Of a stretch of DNA of 64,000 nt, positions 59,017-64,000 are shown piece by piece; positions within the stretch are counted from its first letter, which is position 1, and each line of letters opens with the position of its first letter. The translations under genes were made by a program, and so were the position numbers. The DNA comes from Promethearchaeota archaeon (GTDB lineage: Archaea > Asgardarchaeota > Thorarchaeia > Thorarchaeales > Thorarchaeaceae), in assembly GCA_048939765.1 (NCBI GenBank), contig JBHLPF010000007.1:1-64000 (forward strand). Direction: 5' to 3'. The notes below the pieces were generated by a model. The model was not told the origin of the DNA and searched no databases. It was given only the letters and a program-made list of their open reading frames with translations.

Positions 59017-59805
59017 ATGCCCAGGGTCCTGATACATGACATTGAAACCTACTATGAAATAGCCGGCGAGGGAGAAGCAATCGTGTTTGTTCACGGCGCA
59101 GCTGGTTCTCACGACAACTGGCGCCCTCAGGTTAAGCACCTGTCCGACCGCTTCGAAGTCGTGACATACGATATAAGGGGACACGGGAAGTCAAGTGGGT
59201 CTGACAGGAAATATAGCTGTGAGCTCTTCGCAGATGATCTGAATGGGCTGATAACCGCACTCGAGTTAGAAAGACCCGTTGTCTGTGGGCTCTCTCTTGG
59301 AGGGATGATAGCCCAGCAGTACGCTGTAAGGCATCAGTCCGGTCTTGCGGGACTTGTACTGGCGGACACTGCAGTGGCCTCAGCTCTGACCCTCTCAGAC
59401 AAGCTTCAGAAATGGATGTTCCCAGTGAGCCTGGTCAAATGGTATATTCGCAGAAAGACTCCAGAAGACTATGCGAGATGGTCATTCAAGTATTTCGACA
59501 TGAAGGATGATGTGAGAGAGTATCTGATTCAGGAACAACTTCGAATGGATCAGACAGAGTTTCTCAAACTGATGGATGCCATCTATGGGTTTAAGCTGCT
59601 TGACCTTGCCAGCATCAAAGTGCCAACGCTTGTGGTACTGGGTGAGAATGAACGAAAGGCAGTCTTTCCGCATGCAGACAAGATGATAGAGCTGATTGAG
59701 GGCTCAAGGAAGGTCGTTATTCCGGATGCTGGACATGCCTCCAATCTAGAGAATCCCACCGAGTTCAATCGAGTGCTTGACGAGTTCTTGGAACACGTGT
59801 TCTAA
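59017..59805 (+). CDS. Alpha/beta fold hydrolase
   Basis: FVHG, YDIRGHG, GLSLGG, AGH. Confidence 0.9.
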   Translation: MPRVLIHDIETYYEIAGEGEAIVFVHGAAGSHDNWRPQVKHLSDRFEVVTYDIRGHGKSSGSDRKYSCELFADDLNGLITALELERPVVCGLSLGGMIAQQYAVRHQSGLAGLVLADTAVASALTLSDKLQKWMFPVSLVKWYIRRKTPEDYARWSFKYFDMKDDVREYLIQEQLRMDQTEFLKLMDAIYGFKLLDLASIKVPTLVVLGENERKAVFPHADKMIELIEGSRKVVIPDAGHASNLENPTEFNRVLDEFLEHVF

Positions 59806-61400
59806 ATCTTCTTCTCGAGATAGGGTCCTGTATCGTTGAAATCAAGGGCGCGATAATATTCCTTGACTCCAATTCCGCTGTTCACAATCAGCCTGTTGAC
59901 TTGGAAATCCTCGAGTGTGATTCGCTCTGCCTCTTTGAGCATGCGGTCTCCAAGACCCAAATGCTGCCACGCATCCGGGTTCCTCTCACCAATCTCTACA
60001 ACAGGACCATACACTCTGAGCTCTCTAATAATGGCGCAGGGGCTATGATTAATCTCGGGGCGGTGAGCCTGGTCACTGGGCATGCGGAGTCTGAGGAATC
60101 CAAAGATGATATCTTGACTTTGCTTCTCGAAGGAAAGAAAGATTTCTAGGCCATCTGCAGCCTCATAGTCACGACGCACCAGCTCAATACCTTCAAAACT
60201 CACCTTTTGTCCGGTCCGCATCTGAAAGTGACCAATCTCTCTGTATCGAATCGTTGGGTTTCTCAGACCTTTCTCACTCATTCGATGATGCACCAGCTCT
60301 CGTAGGTTTCCTTTGCTGAAACCAGCCTCTATCTGATGGAGTGGGATGTCCCTCTGCATCCTCTGGATACGAACATACTCGGGCATTTTGCTGACTGCAT
60401 TAGAGACGAGTTCCACGACTTGATCATCAGAATAGGGACTGTATATTCCCTGTTCCCACCACTCGAACAGCTTTGTATTCTTCACCACAAGCGTAGGATA
60501 GATCTTCAGCATATCTGGTTGAAACCTAGAATCAGTGAATAATGCTTCAAAGTCTTCAAGGTCAGAGTCTGAAGTATTTCCAGGTAGACCAGGCATCATA
60601 TGATAGCACACTTTCAGTCCGCTATCCCTGAGCATCTTTGTCGCTTGGATGGTCTGTTCAAGCAGATGACCTCTCTGTACCCGTTCTAGGACCTCATCCG
60701 AGAGCGTCTGAACACCGATTTCCACACGGGTAGCACCCATTTCCAGCATGCTATCGATGCTTTCAGGAATCACCCAATCCGGTCGAGTTTCGAATGTGAG
60801 ACCTACGTTGCGGACCTTAGCTGTTTCGTTCGTCTTCTGTGACTCATTCAAACTCCCTCCGACTGTCCTATTCATTGCATCGAAACAGCCCTTGACAAAA
60901 GACTCCCTGTAGTCAGGCTCCTTCGAACACCAGTCGCCACCCATGACTATTAGTTCCACCTTTTGGACCGAATGACCGATCGTATCCAACTGATTTAGCC
61001 TGCTCTCTACCTGCCTGAATGAATCAAAGTCATTTTGCAGCCCTCTCATTGTGGCAGGTTCATGACCTGTATAGCTCTGGGGAACTCCTGCATCAGGCCC
61101 ACCAGGACAATATGCGCACGCACCATGAGGACACTTATGAGGTTCTGTCATGACAGCAACAACAGCGACTCCGGAAACTGTACGAACAGGTCGTTTCTGC
61201 ATCAGAGGCTGAAGTATTTCTAGCTCTTCAGGAATTGCCGCTTGCAACACGTCTGCGTTTGATGGGACTCGGGACGCCTTATGCAGTCCACAGATCCTGC
61301 TCTTGATTTGATTTATCTCACGCCGATCAAGAGCCGTTTCTGAGCTAAGAAGGGATTCGATAATCTCTCTATACAGTGCATAGTAATCTGGGAGAGGCAT
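59802..61400 (-). CDS. elp3: Elp3 tRNA U34 carboxymethyltransferase (radical SAM + KAT)
   Basis: CPHGACAYCPGG, QSYTG.EPA, ETRPDW, RMQRDIP, REL.VYG. Confidence 0.95.
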   Translation of the reverse strand: MPLPDYYALYREIIESLLSSETALDRREINQIKSRICGLHKASRVPSNADVLQAAIPEELEILQPLMQKRPVRTVSGVAVVAVMTEPHKCPHGACAYCPGGPDAGVPQSYTGHEPATMRGLQNDFDSFRQVESRLNQLDTIGHSVQKVELIVMGGDWCSKEPDYRESFVKGCFDAMNRTVGGSLNESQKTNETAKVRNVGLTFETRPDWVIPESIDSMLEMGATRVEIGVQTLSDEVLERVQRGHLLEQTIQATKMLRDSGLKVCYHMMPGLPGNTSDSDLEDFEALFTDSRFQPDMLKIYPTLVVKNTKLFEWWEQGIYSPYSDDQVVELVSNAVSKMPEYVRIQRMQRDIPLHQIEAGFSKGNLRELVHHRMSEKGLRNPTIRYREIGHFQMRTGQKVSFEGIELVRRDYEAADGLEIFLSFEKQSQDIIFGFLRLRMPSDQAHRPEINHSPCAIIRELRVYGPVVEIGERNPDAWQHLGLGDRMLKEAERITLEDFQVNRLIVNSGIGVKEYYRALDFNDTGPYLEKKI

Positions 61401-61531
61401 TCTAAGAGGCTAGACTCCAGCGTCCGGTTAAAGGATGCGGTCTGCCAAAACTCGTTGCAGAAACCCTTCCACAAGGTAATCCTTAAAACAACAACAAGTT
61501 TTCCAGATATACAACCGGAGAGGTAAACAGA

Positions 61532-61699
61532 ATGCCTGGTTCACATGGTTCATTGACAAAGGCTGGAAAGGTCCGAGAGTCAACTCCAAAGGTCCATGGG
61601 CGTGAACGTCACACACCTATTCCTCGAGTCCGCAATAAGAGGAACTTCACGAAGCGATTTGTTAAAGGGAAGTTGGTCGGACAGGCCAAGACTAGGTAG
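61532..61699 (+). CDS. rps30e: 30S ribosomal protein S30e
   Basis: Not in ORF track; [55 protein letters not shown]. Confidence 0.95.
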   Translation: MPGSHGSLTKAGKVRESTPKVHGRERHTPIPRVRNKRNFTKRFVKGKLVGQAKTR

Positions 61700-61701
61700 A
61701 T

Positions 61702-62526
61702 TCAGCACTGTTTCTTCAGGCCCATCGAATCTCGATGGTATTTTCCAAACTCAGTGATGTTTGAGAGTTGGTCACCATCAAAGACTGGTCCTTCAAGGCA
61801 TACGAGATCACCTGTCGGATCAAGGGCACAAGTCCCACAGATTCCGCATCCACACTTCATGAAACGCTCTAGTGAGGCTTGAAAGGAAATTCGGTGTGTT
61901 TTGGCAATCTCATATAACCCCAGCATCATTAGTTCAGGGCCACACGTGTAGATTGTATCCGGAGTCACGGTAGCTAGAATCTCTTTGGCGGCTTGGGGTG
62001 CGAGCCCCTTGTAGCCCATTGAACCGTCATCGGTGGACGTTTCGAGTCGAAGATTCGCGGCCCTGAGAGTATCAAACTCTTCCAGATAGACTAGCTCTCC
62101 TTGTGTACGGGCGGCAATAAGCAGTGTCACCTGTACATCCTTGCTCAGTAGCTCATATGTCAATGGTCTTAGTGGAGCCATCCCAATCCCACCACCAACA
62201 ACAAGTGCATTCTTTGCATCTGTACTGAAACAAGTGCCAAATGGTCCTCGAATCCCAATCATCTGTCCAGCTTTTTGTGAAGCCAAGGCGTTAGTGGCTT
62301 CACCGATAGGTGCCACCGTCACTCCTACATCGGGAGGATCCCAGTGCGACACACTCATTGGAATCTCATCAACACCTGGGACCCAGACCATCATGAATTG
62401 GCCTGAACGGAATTGGGTGCCACTAATTGGATAGCGAAAATTGATTGTCCGAGTGGTATCGCTCTCCTCTATCACTTCAGTGACTCTGACAGATGTTGGC
62501 TGGCCCATTAGTCTATCAAGATCCAA
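61702..62526 (-). CDS. pyrK: Dihydroorotate dehydrogenase electron transfer subunit
   Basis: GQFMMVW, RGPFG, GGGIG, CGPE, CGCGICGTC, C.EGPVF. Confidence 0.93.
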   Translation of the reverse strand: MDLDRLMGQPTSVRVTEVIEESDTTRTINFRYPISGTQFRSGQFMMVWVPGVDEIPMSVSHWDPPDVGVTVAPIGEATNALASQKAGQMIGIRGPFGTCFSTDAKNALVVGGGIGMAPLRPLTYELLSKDVQVTLLIAARTQGELVYLEEFDTLRAANLRLETSTDDGSMGYKGLAPQAAKEILATVTPDTIYTCGPELMMLGLYEIAKTHRISFQASLERFMKCGCGICGTCALDPTGDLVCLEGPVFDGDQLSNITEFGKYHRDSMGLKKQC

Positions 62527-62531
62527 GAGAC

Positions 62532-63398
62532 CTACCTCCCAGCTAGACCCACTATTTCTGACACCTCTGAGAATCCCTCGTCCCGGAGGTAATTCTGAAT
62601 ACCCTCCTTGATGTGTCTAAACACATCAATTCCATCTATCATTGCCGTTCCAATTTGAATCGCGCTGGCACCGGCAAGATGCATCTCCACAGCATCCTGC
62701 CATGTGGTCACACCGCCCACACCTATGATGGGAATTGAGAGCGCATTGTGAAGATCGTATACACACCTTACAGCAATTGGAAATATGGGAGGACCGGATA
62801 GACCACCGACTCTGTTGCCCAGAACAGGACGCTTTTGATGAATGTCAATCTTCATTGCTCGAACAGTGTTGATTGCCACGATGGCATCGACCTCGGCCCG
62901 TTCTGCCGCCATTCCCACTGCGACAAAATCAGATGCATTGGGAGTGATTTTTGCGAATATCGGGCAATCGACTACTTCCTTTGCAGCCTTCACAAATTGG
63001 TATGTGAGATCGGGATCATGAGCAATCTGTGCAATCTCGGCATGAGGGCAGGACAGATTCAGCTCAATCGCCTCTGGCTTCATCTCTGCACCTTTGGATG
63101 CCACATCAGCCAACTCTTGCGGCGAGTTCCCAAAGATGCTGAGGACAACTGGGACGCCACTCTCCTTGAGTTCCGCCATCTCGTCTACAAAAGAGCCAAT
63201 GCCAGGATTCGTAAGACCCACTGCATTGATCAATCCTCCATGAGAAGTAGCAAGGATTGGTCCAGGATGGCCTTTCCTAGGCACATGACCAATTGATTTT
63301 GTCACAACAGCATCTGCTCCCGACTCATGAACGCGACGTAGAGTAGAACTGGTGACTCCCAGAATTCCTGAAGCAAGCCAATATCCTTGTATCTTCAA
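62532..63398 (-). CDS. pyrD: Dihydroorotate dehydrogenase family 1B catalytic subunit
   Basis: VTKS, NAVGL.NPG, ELNLSCPH, AINT, GGLSG. Confidence 0.93.
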   Translation of the reverse strand: MKIQGYWLASGILGVTSSTLRRVHESGADAVVTKSIGHVPRKGHPGPILATSHGGLINAVGLTNPGIGSFVDEMAELKESGVPVVLSIFGNSPQELADVASKGAEMKPEAIELNLSCPHAEIAQIAHDPDLTYQFVKAAKEVVDCPIFAKITPNASDFVAVGMAAERAEVDAIVAINTVRAMKIDIHQKRPVLGNRVGGLSGPPIFPIAVRCVYDLHNALSIPIIGVGGVTTWQDAVEMHLAGASAIQIGTAMIDGIDVFRHIKEGIQNYLRDEGFSEVSEIVGLAGR

Positions 63399-63521
63399 GA
63401 GAGCACCTGGGAGGCAGTTTGGTGACTAACTCGTAATAAGGTAGATGGCAGCTGACAAACATCGTCTAACACTAAACTTATCCGACTCATAAGCAGTGAA
63501 TCAAGCTCGGGGTAGAACAGA

Positions 63522-64000
63522 TTGGAAGCTCATCTAGTCCTCAACAGCTTTGGCCTCTTCTTGCTTGACGAAAGAGGGAGGGTCATCTCAGAACAGATCG
63601 TGTACCCCGATGTGGAAAAGATGTCTTCCGAGCTCGCAATCCTTGGAGAAGGACAGCCCACAGAAATCCTAGAGCACATGGCAAAGGGATTTGCGAATCT
63701 TGGCGTCGATACAGTTGTCGTTGAGAATAGGATGATGAGTCGGGCATTGTCTGGTTTGACGCAGGTTCCCGTAAGTGTAAACGAAACATCAGCTGTGTTC
63801 AAGACCTTCCGAGATGCTCAAGACTCATACCTATTGAAATCCGATTTTGTGACAGGAAAGGAAGATATTGCTTCATTTAGACGAGAGGTGGCTGTTCATA
63901 TCGCTCGCGCAACAATCACCGCTGCTAGTGAAGAGAAGGACCTTCTTGTGAAACATGCAATAGATGCAATCAGTGAGGTTGACAGATCCATCAACATTCT
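63522..64000 (+). CDS. nop5: C/D-box RNP protein Nop5 (Nop56/58), N-terminal part (runs off the window)
   Basis: Manual translation MEAHLVLNSFGLFLLDERG...AASEEKDLLVKHAIDAISEVDRSINI matches the Nop5 N-domain and the start of its coiled coil. Confidence 0.8.
   Translation, partial: MEAHLVLNSFGLFLLDERGRVISEQIVYPDVEKMSSELAILGEGQPTEILEHMAKGFANLGVDTVVVENRMMSRALSGLTQVPVSVNETSAVFKTFRDAQDSYLLKSDFVTGKEDIASFRREVAVHIARATITAASEEKDLLVKHAIDAISEVDRSINI

Noticed and set aside
1-64000. CRISPR arrays, rRNA genes, transposases, integrases, selenoprotein read-through
   Set aside because: No repeat-spacer periodicity, rRNA-like stretch, recombinase motifs or UGA-interrupted conserved ORFs were seen by eye.

Overview
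Gene-dense archaeal chromosomal segment, most consistent with an Asgard archaeon (Thorarchaeota-like; inferred from gene content, not from a search). Core content: rpl3-rpl4-rpl23-rpl2, rps30e, SRP19, Gar1, a TFE-beta/RPC34-like protein, Trm1, RlmE, Elp3, archease, Nop5 (partial), Lsm, a cdrS-like RHH gene plus ftsZ, pyrB/pyrD/pyrK, H4MPT C1 enzymes (ftr, fwdC, mch), korBC, hppA and acs. There are four tRNA genes: Ile-GAT, Pro-TGG (canonical intron), Thr-GGT and Ser-TGA (non-canonical T-loop intron). Four observations stand out. (1) tRNA-Ser carries an intron in its T-loop and is followed by two displaced copies of its own 3' end that lack the intron; each copy closes a one-gene cassette, and no integrase is present. 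(2) A 963-aa NLR-like STAND NTPase has an NB-ARC-type MHD motif. (3) An acs/transporter locus with a shared upstream motif faces two tandem CoA-transferase::GNAT fusions, with two Zn-dependent deacetylases nearby, suggesting an acyl-CoA-sensing acetylation switch. (4) A HypD-like glycyl radical enzyme has CVT instead of CVE, lacks an adjacent activase, and sits directly upstream of the ribosomal operon. No CRISPR array, rRNA, transposase or integrase was seen.
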